The notes under the pieces: model-generated
Told to the model about the DNA's origin: nothing
The model's database searches: none
Seen by the model: the letters and a program-made list of their open reading frames with translations, nothing else
Part shown: in pieces, positions 24,136 to 36,882 of the stretch
How the letters are laid out: each line of letters begins with the position of its first letter
Position numbering within the stretch: position 1 is the stretch's first letter
Assembly: GCF_006345805.1 (NCBI RefSeq)
Contig: NC_043012.1
Coordinates: 30,752,001-30,816,000 of the forward strand
From: Octopus sinensis
Lineage: Eukaryota
Direction of reading: 5' to 3'
Length of the DNA stretch: 64,000 nucleotides
Made by a program: the position numbers and the translations under genes

Positions 24136-25343
24136 CCTAAACGTGAACACACATAGCACACAAACTTCACACGAGGAAGATATATAACCCAATGACGAAC
24201 TACCGCAAAATACAGAATTCCATTAGAAATGACGAATAAATCTGTCCCCATTAATCAGTGGGTATTCTCTGACAGAGACTAATTCAGGTGAGAAAAAGAT
24301 AAGTTTTAGTGTCACCTGTAATCTCCGTCCACAGTCGGGTCAATTTCTGACAAGCTATATTTTCTTGACTTCAGTGCTGGAGTAGTATCGGACACGGCTG
24401 CATAGTCACGTGTTATTGGTCACCATTGTGAAGGCTCTTGTAACAGAAACGCCCTCCTTTTATAGGAATGTGCTGAATTCAGCCCGTTTATAACCAAACA
24501 AACTTTTGCCTTGCAATGAGTTGCAGGACATGTTGTATGCAACCACGCTATGAACATTGGTATTTTCTATACAACACATGGGTGGCAAGGTGCAATCCCA
24601 GTGATCTAAGTGTGACGCTAATTGTAGAACTTGTAAGAAGAACACTGTTAGCAAAATAAAGATGAAATCTAGAAGCAGGAGAAATCCCTCGAGGTACCAC
24701 CAAGATAGCTGAAGGAGGACAGTCTCATATCGTTTATTCTAATAGCCATCGTCTCTGAAAGACTAAGCAAAACATCCCTTAATTTTAACGGCGTAGAGAA
24801 CAGCTGGATTTTTCTAAAAGAGACTCTGGATTTCGTTGCAGCTGACGGCGTTGACCATTTCTAAGTACACAACACAAGGATTAGGCTGATGAAAATAACA
24901 AAGAAATTCAGATCCTTTTCTATGACAATAAGTTAAAGCTGTCAGCTTTAATTGACAGTCAGAGGCGGGTGCTGTGTGTTTGTGTAAAAATTAAGATTCT
25001 GAAAAAACTGCTTTGACGAAATGGTTTGGGCAACACATATCTATCCTGACACAAATAATTAACGAAAGTTATAAGTTACAAGGTCAGTGACCTTGTTAAG
25101 TTCATTTGCACCAAACGCTGATCATTCTCTCATCGGCGATCCGGCAGAATCATGAGCGCACCAGATAACATGCTTTGCAGGGTCTTGTGAATCCTTACGT
25201 TTTGTGTTCAAATTTCGCCGGGGTCCACTTACCTCTCATCCTTTCGAGATCGTTGAAATAAATACCAGCTGAGCACTGGAGTCGAAGCAATCGACTGTTC
25301 ACCTCCCACACACACTACAGGTATTGTGAATGTAATACACAGA

Positions 25344-25390
<47 letters not shown>

Positions 25391-25391
25391 A

Positions 25392-25620
25392 AAGGTAGGC
25401 ATCTGGCAGAATCGTTGGTGCGTTCGACAAAATGCTTAGTGGCACTTCTTCCGGCTCTTTACTTTCAGAATTCAATTACCGCCGAGGTCAAATTTGCCTT
25501 TCATCTTTTAGGCTCGATAGAATAGACTGGCAGCCAAGTGCTGGGGTTGAAGTAATCAACTAACCCTCTCTTTCCCTCGAACTATTTGGCCCAGTTCCCA
25601 AATTAGAAGCCATTATTTTG
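25392..25620 (+). mobile_element. SINE family B, degenerate
   Basis: aaggtaggcatctggcagaatcgtt...ccgccgaggtcaaatttgcctttcatc; preceded by (ATT)n. Confidence 0.8.
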
Positions 25621-26036
25621 CAGTCAGAACCTTGAAGGTAATTGATGTGTTGCGATATGGGATCTTGGCATTTTAATATTTTACCGTTTGCCGTTTTGGC
25701 ATTTTTTACGTTTTTGGCGATTTGGTGTTCTGATGTTTTTTGGCGACAGCTCTAGAATTTCCTCTACCTGTTAGTCAACATTCTCTTAATCTTTATTGTT
25801 TAAGCAGAAGTTAATAATATACTTTCAAGAATGGTATCGAAGGATTTCCTACCTCTTTCAGATGGAATGTGGTTGTTATCTTTGAAGTTTAATTAATACC
25901 AAGAGCAGATGATGATGATGTTACCAATAATGTAATACTAACAACAACAACAACAACAAATAATAATAATAATAATAATAATAACAACAACGAATAATTA
26001 TAATACGATGTTGATCATGACAGTGATGAAAATAAA

Positions 26037-26071
<35 letters not shown>

Positions 26072-26321
26072 CATCATCATCATCAATATTAATACAAAAA
26101 TAAATATAACACACTATGTAATATGATAATAAAGAAACAAAAACAAAAAAGAGAAAACGCTATATTACGCTAACAACAACAACAACAACGATGACAAGAA
26201 CTCAAACGACGAAAACAACAGTTAACATCACCATCATCATCATCACGCACATACACACATATTTATGTATACGTACACGTATATGTGTGTATATATACGT
26301 GTGTGTGTGTGTGTGTGTGTT

Positions 26322-26353
<32 letters not shown>

Positions 26354-27204
26354 ATGTATATACATATATATGTATATTTGATGTATGTATGTATGAATGT
26401 ATGTGTATACGTTTGTATATATGACAGAGAAGAAAATAGGTGGGACGATGGCAAAATATAATTACCAAAGACCTGTCAGTGTGTAAATTAACACATTTTT
26501 TTATGAGTAATGAAATGAGGAGAAATGTGTTGGTGGATGACAATTAAAATGTTAGCATTTAATGAGAAGAAACAAGCGGAGCAAACGCACACGCACACAC
26601 ACAAACACACGCTCGAACACACACACACATACACATGCACACACATGTAGATACAAGTATAAACTTTTGACTGGGAGTATCAATATGTGCAACTGGAAAC
26701 ACAATACTATATCACATATGTCTATATATACATACACCTATATATATATACATGCATATATACGTATATATATGTATATATATATATACATATATATACA
26801 CACGCACATATATGCATGTATATTTCCATGAATACATATGTACATATATATATATATATATATCTATATATAAATACACACGCGCGCGCGCTTATGTATC
26901 CCCTGTTGACGTATCACTAGGCAGCCCAAATATGGATTAATTCTTCACTGAAATCCAATCCTGGAAGGGTGAAGAAGTCCACCCTCCTCGTCTCGCTGTT
27001 CGCTTTAAACAGGCGAATGCATTGCAGCCGACTCGGAAATCGTCTCGTTCGTCAAACATAATCGCAAGTTGAAATTCGTTTTCTCGTTTCAAGGATTCAA
27101 AATAGGTGGATTGATTTCTGATATATCTTACAGTGCGACACTATATGCCCTGCAGCAGCAACCACCACCACCACTACCACTACCACCACAACATCAACAT
27201 TTTG

Positions 27205-27745
27205 GGAAAGGTGTGTTGTTCATTTCATCGACCCCCAGCACTCACCTGGTGCTTACCGTATCGACCCCGAAAGGATGGAGAAGCCATAGTCGATCTCAGT
27301 GGAATTTGAACTCAGAACGCAAAGCCGAAAGAAATGCTGCTGAACATTTTGTCCGAAGTTGATAATAATAATAATAATAATAATGGTTTCAATTCTTAGC
27401 ATAGAACTGGCAGCGTCTTGTAGAGATCCTAGTGCTCAACTGGTACTCATTTTATCGATCCGGAGAGGCTGAAAGGCAAAGTCGACCTCGGCAGAATCGG
27501 AATTGTGAACGTAAAGATGGACAAATGCCGGTAAGCATTTTGTTTGACGCTTTTAACAATAGTTTCAAATTTTGGCACAAGGCCAGAAATTCTGAGGGAG
27601 AGAGTAAGTCGATTACATCGACCCCGAAAGGATGACAGGTAAAGATGACCTCAACGAAATCTGAACTCAGAACATAAAGAAGGACGAGATGCCGATAAGC
27701 ATTTTCCTCAGAGTCCTAACAACTCTTCAGCTTTCCGCCTTCGAC
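27205..27745 (-). mobile_element. Cluster of three degenerate SINE family B fragments
   Basis: Repeated atcgaccccgaaaggat...gtcga..tc..ggaat..gaac motifs. Confidence 0.8.
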
Positions 27746-28767
27746 GCTTATAATAATAATTACGACAGTGTTATGTCTTTAATTTACCAGACGTCGAGTC
27801 TACCGTCGCGAAGATTTCAACGAAATAGTGAGGATTTAGGTCGAGTGTGAGAAACTAACTCGGAAAACGGGAGAATTAAAATGATGTGAAATATCCAAGA
27901 GAGAGAACATCCACTTGGGATTAACGAAGGAGCTACATAGCTATCGCATGTATCCCATAACCTTATTCAGGGTAATCGGGTGGTGTAGGTGGTATATTCC
28001 CAGCTGTGGTCTTTTGTCATGCCTCAGTCGCATGTAGGGAGTAGAGTCCTTCATCCAAACCATATTCGCCACTCTCATATTTTAGAAAACTTACCTCAGG
28101 TAAATCTCTCCCTGTCAAAGTTCCTCCTCTTAGTAATACATGAAGAAATTGCTAACAGTGTTCACCAAAGAGGAAAGTGATCGAACCTCGATGCTTCGAA
28201 TTTCGGCTGTCGCACAACTTTTTTGTGTCATGTTCTCGAGACATAAAAGAATTTCCTGCCAAAAGTGCGAAGAGAATAACCAGGGCGATGAATTCTACTG
28301 GAAAAGAGTGCGATGACCATCACCCCTGAGAGTTCCCATTCTTGATAAAGATTTCAACTGCAAACATCCGTCTAAGGACGGTGAAACGGTAAAGCAGTTG
28401 CTAACTGAAGACACCCTTACCGCCTGCCTAACTTTACTAGTGTCGCTCATTGGTTGCGTAAAATAGGGGAGGTTTTTTTTTTGCCGCTTCCTGTAGCAAG
28501 TTCAATGTTACAAGTGACAACGGTTATTCGATGTATCTTCACAAACTAAAGATCACAATGAAATGTCTGCCGAAGAAAAGAGATAAAAACATTCTCAAAC
28601 CAACAAAATAAGGCAAAAAAAAAAATAATATGTATGCCATATGTCTATGGATCACATCACACACGTGATCAATTGCTGCCCAATGATGGCATCAAGAAAG
28701 TACTTTCCTGTGCGTAAGGACGTTGTTGCTAAAAGCAACATACTGATCCATCGGTAGGAAAAGTTAC

Positions 28768-28909
28768 CTTGGGTTAAAGGAAACATTTCTGATGTTGAGG
28801 AAATTGATACGTTGTAATATCTGGAATATTGGGGACGATTCTCATCAAGATTTCCAGTCAATTCTGCCTCAGCCGGACTGACATTGATGTTTTCAACAGA
28901 AACAAGGAA
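28768..28909 (-). CDS. Candidate coding exon (FLVSVENINVSPAEAELTGNLDENRPQYSRYYNVSISSTSEMFPLTQ-G), unidentified
   Basis: Open frame in unique sequence; acceptor aatacttag and donor CAAG|gtaact; loose cadherin-like look only. Confidence 0.2.
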
Positions 28910-29324
28910 CTAAGTATTGTCATAGTGAAAGCAGATCAGCAAACGAGTAACTAAATATCTCATAAAAAGAATTTAAGAGAGAGAATTGTTATGGACAACT
29001 GCAGAACAGATTTGCTTCTTTAGTATTTGGTAGTCTTCGTTATGTTAGAATTGGAGAAGGAGAAACTTTTTCTTAGGAAAAAGTGAGTCTAGAAAGGGGA
29101 TTATTTAAAGGACGAATGAAGATAAAATCTTATTTGTAAATTCAGTCTGTGAGTGAAACAGCGAAAACATGCAAGGTTTTTAAAAAATCCAACAGATAAG
29201 ATTTACTAATGTTTACCAAAATACCAACGATCGTTTGTTAGAATCCAACCACTTTTTTTAGAGGAAGAATTCAAAGAATGAAAAAGAAGATATTCACTTA
29301 TGTAGTATGCATATGTGTGTGTGG

Positions 29325-29410
<86 letters not shown>

Positions 29411-29419
29411 TATAAAAGA

Positions 29420-29700
29420 GTAAATCCCAAAAGACGAAGAACATAAGAAAAAAATCTACAACGCGACGATGTGGTGCATACAAAGTATTAGCAGACACTC
29501 AGGGAAGGAAAGAAAGGTGGTTTTACATTTCGAGTAAAGCTCTTTTTCAGAAACCGGAGACAGAGGAAAGTCCAAGAGAAAAGGAAGACGGAGGGAAAAA
29601 CATCGCCAACGATTCACATGTACTCATAGATATACATGTATACTCTGACGAAAAGAGCAAGATAAAAAGAACTCAATAGAAGTGTATATTCTTAGTTTTA
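29420..29700 (-). mobile_element. Short non-autonomous PLE-related element carrying a minimal type I hammerhead
   Basis: HHR fold at 29519-29555; no ORF; flanked by TA and TG microsatellites. Confidence 0.6.
29519..29555 (-). ncRNA. Minimal type I hammerhead ribozyme (mutated copy)
   Basis: GGUUU-CUGAAAA-A-GAG-cuuua-CUC-GAAA-UG-UA-AAACC: perfect 5-bp stem I and 3-bp stem II; G8 changed to A and C15.2 to U relative to the canonical core. Confidence 0.6.
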
Positions 29701-29994
29701 ATCATTTTGATAAATGTGTGTGTGTGTGTGCGTGTGTATGTGGTCGTGTGTGTGTGTTCGTGTGTGTGTGTTCGTCTGTGTATGTGTGTGCATATAACAT
29801 TCTAAAACAAACAAATGAAATATGATAGTAATCTTGATATGTATTGCGTCCATTCACCCACGCACACACACACACACATACTTCCATATATATTCATGCA
29901 CACTGATACATACATATACCCATACCACACACACAGGTGTGTGTGGTATGGGTATATGTATGTATCAGTGTGCATGAATATATATGGAAGTATG

Positions 29995-30041
<47 letters not shown>

Positions 30042-30599
30042 TGTGTGTGTGTGTGTATGTGTGTGTGCGTGTGGGTGCCTCTCCGTATACATTTCGTTGC
30101 TGTTAACTGCTCGCATATTTCCCACTTCCTGAAACATATAAAAGACAAGACAATAGCGAAAAAAACTAAAAAAGAATCAGGAATCCCAGAGAAAGATGAA
30201 GGAGATTCAGCCATGTTTGATTAAGTTGGTGCTTCTTATGAAGAGAACTTTGACACACAGAAAAACAGTATTGGTCTATATTAGATAGGAATCTACAACA
30301 CAGGGTCTGTCTTTCCTTCCTTTCTTCCTTCCTTCCTTCCTTCCTTCCTTCCTTTCATTCTTTCTTTCTTTCTTTCTTTCTTTCTTCTCTCTCTCTCCTC
30401 TCTCTCTGTTACTGGGATTTGACTCTAAGGACGCTTTATCTATTCAATATCTTCAGCGTTATCTGCTTCGAGATTCACTAATCCTAAAAAGAATTATTTC
30501 ACGTTCTTAGAATTTTTAGATTTTTATGACGTCACCTATATGTGTATAGACAGCGGGTGTTGGGAATATAATTGACAGTTTGCATAAAACGAAAACAAA

Positions 30600-30792
30600 A
30601 TTCAATGTCCTGTCCAAAAGTTAAGATATTTTAAAAGATAAAAAAAAAATATCAACTTCATTATGGCTGGGAGAAAACATTTTACACAAAGCAGCCGCTT
30701 TCAGCTCCCACCGCGGCCGTAAGACGGCTCCCGATCCTATCACATTCCTCACTGTATCGCTGTGTTCCTGGAAAGATCTTCGAACACCCTGT
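30600..30792. mobile_element. Tc1/mariner-type MITE end fragment
   Basis: Ends cgaacaccctgt (reverse complement of a CAGGGTGTTCG-type TIR); partner end not found. Confidence 0.4.
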
Positions 30793-31039
30793 TTGTTTGT
30801 ATGTATATATATACACACACACGCGCGCGCGCGTATATATGTATGTATACACGCATAAAAACACATAGACACATATATATAAACATACCATCAACATCAG
30901 ACGAGTAGACGTAGAGGAACGTTTAAGATTTCTTTTTGGACGTTTTCCTTAACAGCAATGCCGACTTCTTCGGCCTAAATCAAAAACTGGTTCGTTTTTC
31001 CAGTTACAAATAAGAGCCTTATACAGAAAGATGGAAAGG

Positions 31040-31715
31040 CAAAAAATAGTGTTCGAATCATGTTGGTCTAAAATCTGGAATGAAAAAAGGGATTTCACCT
31101 TAAAGAATCGTGGCTGAATATGGTTAGGAGAGAATACTATATCAACATCGACAGTAAAACACACATTTTGATCTGGAAACTTCCGCTATAGTTGAAGGTA
31201 AACTGCATAATTCGTAAGCAGCTGGAAGAGACCTAATAGTTTGATATTAGAAGAGGCTGACTTATCACAGAAAACCTTTAGTATACGTAGAAGACTATGA
31301 AAGGTCAGATCGATATATAATTCGTTTGCTATAGCACGGACTGATCTTGTGGCCGTGAACGAACCACCGAGGACAATTGCTAAATATTATATACAAATTG
31401 TACTCAAGAGGCCTCAACCAATTCCTCTAGGGACATTGTGAGTCCACAACACAGCGACTGATGAACAAATCTGTGGAAAGAAAGAAGTGTGGGAGTGTAC
31501 CAAACAACTTTTGATAAGCAAATCTATACTGTTTGAAGTAAGAAAACGCCGTTCACATCTTGCAACAATATGACTTGGCTGTAGGAGAGCGCTCGGCTCT
31601 TTCCTTGACTATAGGAAAGCATTCGACTCTATTTCTCACTCATGGGTCCTGAAGTGTCTGCATTTGGCAAAAGTACCTGTTATCTTAGCTGTTGCCATTG
31701 ATTCCGTATTGCATA
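31040..31715 (+). pseudogene. R4/Dong-type (RLE) non-LTR retrotransposon RT fragment
   Basis: WSKIWNEK, then TKQLLISKSILFEVRKRRSHLAT, DYRKAFDSISHSWVLKCLHLAKVP; heavily frameshifted. Confidence 0.8.
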
Positions 31716-31859
31716 ATTTTTAGTTTTTGATTTTACTATCCATTCTAACTGGCATCGTTTAACTAAATATTATTCTCTAGTAATGGTAACCACATAGTAT
31801 TCATAGACTTACTTTCGATCTTCTCTCTTAAGATACAAAATTTTATATCTCTCGGCGCA

Positions 31860-32062
31860 AAGGCAGCGGAGCTGGCCGAACCGTGAGCCTGTAAAATGCC
31901 TAGCATCATTTCGCCCGTCTTTACGTTGAGAGTTCAAATTCTGCCGAGGTCGACTTTGCCTTTCGCAGTTAATTAAATAGGTACCAGTTGAACACTGGGG
32001 TCGATGCAATCGACAAATCGCCTTCTCCGAACTTGCTGGCGTTGTGCCAAAATTTGAAACCA
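31860..32062 (+). mobile_element. SINE family B, degenerate
   Basis: aaggcagcggagctggccgaacc...gagttcaaattctgccgaggtcgactttgcctttc...tgtgccaaaatttgaaacc. Confidence 0.8.
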
Positions 32063-32866
32063 ACATCTCTCTACTCTCACTTATTTACTACATCAACACA
32101 CACACCTAAACATATTTGCATTCCTTCATTAAACTTTCAATTAGAGATGAATCTCTTATTTGTTATAATAAGCATTTCTTAATTTTGGTGACTATCAAAT
32201 ATGATTCCAATTGTAGTGAGATGATTAATAACCTTACCCCTACATTACTTGGAAACTCCCTATACGTATAATAACTCTTCTCATCCAACATATATCGGAC
32301 TAACCGCTTTACCAAAATAATGTAAATTGTAAGTATTCTTTATGTTGGACCCCCACCCCCGCTGGCTACTTTGGCAAACAGATAAATTTGTCCTGGCATC
32401 ATTAATCTCAATTATTTGTATATAGCTTCCTTCACACTAGACCCCTTTGTACCCACTCATGTTGACACGAACATTCCTATTTATATATCTTCATCTAACT
32501 CTTGTAATTTATATATCTATCCCTTAATGGAATTGCTAGAATCTATCTTCCTTTTAGTACGACCTTATTCTCTCTGCCTCAACACTAAACTATAGAAGTA
32601 AACCAAAACTTTCTCTGTTTCTGACGACGGAATACAACACTACTACACCTCGTTCTCCCTCCGATGATGGAATAGGTCGCTAAAATATGCATTGCTACCA
32701 CTTGTTCTGCACAGCCCTCACCAACGGCTCAACTGTACTTGAGACAACTGTAACCGACTTACTGCATACCTATCTAATCCCTTCCTTCTCATGATTTATA
32801 CTCATGTGACGTCATACTTAAAGCTATGTTACAATCTACCCTGACACCAATTGTTCTGGCTGTTTA

Positions 32867-33249
32867 TCTCTCTCTATATAAACGGCAGTTTGTCTGTGTG
32901 CGTGTCTGTGTGTCTGTTAGGTTGTACCCTCACCCTGACCACGGCTTTCAACCGATTCTGATGAAACTTGACACACACATAGCCCAATGTCATAATTCAA
33001 AACTAACGCAGCGAAAATTTTGAAAAGTTCCCCCAGTTCTGAAAAAGATCGATAAATTCGACATGGGGTCGACAATCAGAAGCACAAACCACAGATGGTC
33101 TAGGGGGCGCAACTCGACCTTTTTAACTCTCAAAAAAATTTGCCATAATTATTTTCCCATTTTTTTGCTATTTTTTGGCTATAACTCTCTAAAAATGCTT
33201 TATAGTTATTTCCCTTACAAACCCGAGCAACGCCGGGCGATACTGCTAG
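32867..33249 (+). mobile_element. Non-autonomous Helitron
   Basis: 5' TC after a host A (32866); 3' hairpin cccg-agcaacgc-cggg (33222-33237), then CTAG (33246-33249) before a host T; no TSD. Confidence 0.8.
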
Positions 33250-34427
33250 TCCTTTTATACATCGAACTGATCAATTGATAAACTGATTATATTTCGTACT
33301 CTAACAGTTGTAAAATATATTACAGTTATATTTTAACGAGTTCAAACCTGATCTTTTATAAGCTCAGGCGACGCAGCAGTGGATAGATGTGTCTCTTAAT
33401 TCAAACTTTGACGGTCACGAATTTCCACATTCCATTCCTGTGACACATTATCAGCAACGTTCTCCAACAATATGGAATACGCCACATTTCCTTTGTGACA
33501 TTTTATTCTAGTCATGAGTAATCCATTCCGGGTGAACTCTAATGAGACTGACAATATTTGATAGAAATAACAACCCACTAGACGCACATTTACGCATACA
33601 CTTATATATGTATATATACATATATACATACATACATACATGTATGTATGTATATATACATATATACATACATACATGTATATGCATGTGTGTGTACATA
33701 TATATATAAATATATATATATACATGTACATACATACACACACACATACATACATTCTCGTACATCACTCAAATACGTCAGGTAGCCTCAAACACTCATG
33801 CAAGCGCCCTTACACACATATACATATGTACAAACACCTAATATACGTACACTCACATATCTTCATACACACACACACGCGCACACCAACTGATGACAGG
33901 GACACGCACAGTTGCTCAAATACATGCGCATGCGTAAACACAATATTCACTCATTGCTTGCCCTAGCCAGTGGGAGTATCATTTGCTTCCTGTATAACAT
34001 GTTGGTGGGATTGAGCAGGGATTCCACCTGTCTTATATATACAAACATATATAATAAGAGTGTATGATTATCCGTCTCTATATTTATGTATCACTGTAAT
34101 AATGTGCCCCAGCGAGTGTTTCCTACATACTCACAACATTCGTATGTATACTGATAAGTACAAAGCTGTAGAAATACCTACTTGCATAAGTAATATGTGC
34201 AACATAAATCACTTAATAATTCGGTTGCAAAGGATGGGTTTGTTGAGGATAACTGGGAGAAGCGAATCTAATCGCAGAATTTCGTTTGATTTATTGGGAT
34301 GCTTGCTTAAACACACAGACACACAAACACACACACACACATTGCCACGAAACGAACTCTTAAATATTTTTATGTGCCTCTCATTTTAATATACATATAT
34401 CTGCACACACACGCATATATATATATA

Positions 34428-34492
<65 letters not shown>

Positions 34493-35457
34493 TTATAAAC
34501 AATTATGTGTATATATGTATGTATGTATGTATATATATATATGTGTGTATACGGGGCACACACAGGGAGACCCCCCTCACTCGTATATGTAATATTATTT
34601 TCGGTGTAAATTAGTTTTCAGTAGACCGTAAAACATTTTGTAATTAATATTTGTGAAGATTTGTAAACTGGTTAAGCATTGATTGATGGAATATGTGCAA
34701 AACTTGTCGAGATTACACGGGCAAGAGATTTTCAATTAGATCGGTAATTATTTCAATGGACAAAGATTTCATATGCAAATGCCCCGCCACCGCCACATAT
34801 ATATGTATATAATTCTTTATGGGGTCAGTGAAACTCGAAGCATATAAAGCTATGATAATAGTGTGTAAACATTGAATTAAAAAGCCTTTGGGTGGAAGAA
34901 GTCGAAAGGCTCCTGCGACTCTCGAGCCTATATCTTCCGTAATCATGACAGTTCTATTATTGGACCAAAGCAATTCTACAAATTTTTCTATCGAAAGGGA
35001 TTTTTAAATGAATATCTAAACGCTAATATTTATAGCTCTATCTACATCGAGTTTCAGCGTTCTAAAAAATAAATAAAAGAAATACCTCAAGTTCCTTGAA
35101 TTAATAAATGCGTTGCAAACAGTGTGAGGCGATTGGTGTTACTCGGTCTAACTCATCATAAAGCAAACATCATCATGAGTGACATCCAGGTTACGGTGGA
35201 GAAGGCGAACCACCGAGAGACGATGAACAACGGATAGAAGATAATTGAGTGAAGTCTAATAACCGGTTGATCCAGAAAATGAGGTCTTATCTCAGAGTTG
35301 ATTGGGGTCAGGTGCACAATAATGACATCGCGGAGAAAGATCTTGAAACGGTGTGCATCCTCTCCTGGTGACCCAACACGACGCCTGCTACTCTCCCGTA
35401 TGTGGCAGCTCTTGTAATCTGCAAGTTGTTTGCAAATACTATTACTACTACTACTAC

Positions 35458-35521
<64 letters not shown>

Positions 35522-35525
<4 letters not shown>

Positions 35526-36068
35526 GATGGGCTGCTCAATATGCCCTGATTCAGTAGCAAGCAATCGCTCTCATGGCTTCTGATCTTAACTGATTGGAAG
35601 TGCTATCATGTACATTGTTTTGTGTCAGTATAAAAGATGGGTTACAGCAAATATTCTGCTCAATACTAGAGATTTACTTGTCAGTTGCTTGAATTTAACC
35701 AGTTGAGCTTGTCCTTTGGTTTGCTGACGATATGTGTATCTCTGATCACGAGCGGAAGTAGTGGGGAAGCATCATAGCCATGTGTTGATCGGAATTCGTA
35801 GAGGTTTGAATAATTCACCTCTGGAAACATAGGTGTTTCGTTCAACATCCTTAAACAACTCTTATTCAGGGACCTTTTGAGCAGGATGGGTTACTCGACC
35901 TGAAGAAAATTCTAACTGAACCCCACCTGCGAAGTCATGTGCTGTTTATCTTGATCACCATATCGCGCACATATGGTTGTGATGCATGTGCCTGGTGTAC
36001 CCTTATCAGATGGGTATACTGGACTTCGTATATTTTACCCCATGGCATGCATTACTCTCTCACTCAAT
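35522..36068 (+). mobile_element. ~530-bp non-coding interspersed repeat embedded in (AAT)n, copy 1
   Basis: Homologous throughout to 46276-46800; AAT/GAT repeats on both sides; no ORF and no recognisable tRNA head. Confidence 0.85.
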
Positions 36069-36090
36069 AATAATAATAATAATAATAATA

Positions 36091-36126
<36 letters not shown>

Positions 36127-36129
36127 TAC

Positions 36130-36465
36130 TAGGAATCTTCTTGCTTGTGCAAATGATGGTGAGCGAAAGCCCTGCGTACGGGACATCATTGGCTTTTGGG
36201 TCACTAGGATAGAATGTGTACTATTTCGAACCCTTCCACTTGACAGCTTTACGTAGCACCGACATATCTCTGATTGATTTGATGCCCCACCTACTGGATC
36301 GACTGACTACTATTCAATCTTAAGTCCTTCTCCGAACAGGTCCTTGCCTCACACCTATGCATCACTTCTCTAACCAGGTTTCATCACCCCTTTCCAGCCA
36401 TGTCCAGAGTGTGGCCCGCTCAAATGCTGACTGAATTTCTTTCAAGAAGAAGATCAACACCATTA
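36130..36465 (-). mobile_element. HERO/NeSL-type RLE retrotransposon 3' end
   Basis: KEIQSAFERATLWTWLERGDETW, then a 3' UTR homologous to 37500-37800 (ggacttaaga...tagt...tcgatccagtag). Confidence 0.7.
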
Positions 36466-36647
36466 TTAATGATGATTAATTTTTATTTTCATAGTTTTCT
36501 ACTTATTTGACAACAATTCAAGCAATAACAAACAATCCATAACACACAGTTCCTGCAAGGAAAACAAAACAGAAAAAAAAGTTTTCCTTGTGGGGTGGAT
36601 TTTGAATCAAAATATATTTCTTGCTTTCTATCTCATCCTCAGTTAAC

Positions 36648-36882
36648 CTATTTCTTTATTACCCACAAGGGGCTGAACATAGAGGGGACAAACATGGACA
36701 GACATAGGTATTAAGTCGATTATATCGACCCCAGTGCTTAACTGGTACTTAATTTATCGACCCCGAAAGGATGAAAGGCAAAGTTGACCTCGGCGGAATT
36801 TGAACTCACAACGTAACGGCAGACGAAATACCGCTAAGCATTTCGCCCGACGTGCTAACGATTCTGCTAGCTCGCCGCCTTA
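36648..36882 (-). mobile_element. SINE family B, near full length and young
   Basis: Close match to the 12715-12945 copy with intact head aaggcggcgagctagcagaatcgttagcacg. Confidence 0.92.

Noticed and set aside
24460-24660. Minus-strand terminal exon candidate (VFFLQVLQLASHLDHWDC...)
   Set aside because: It has a reasonable acceptor but an uninformative peptide, no homology recalled and competing open frames
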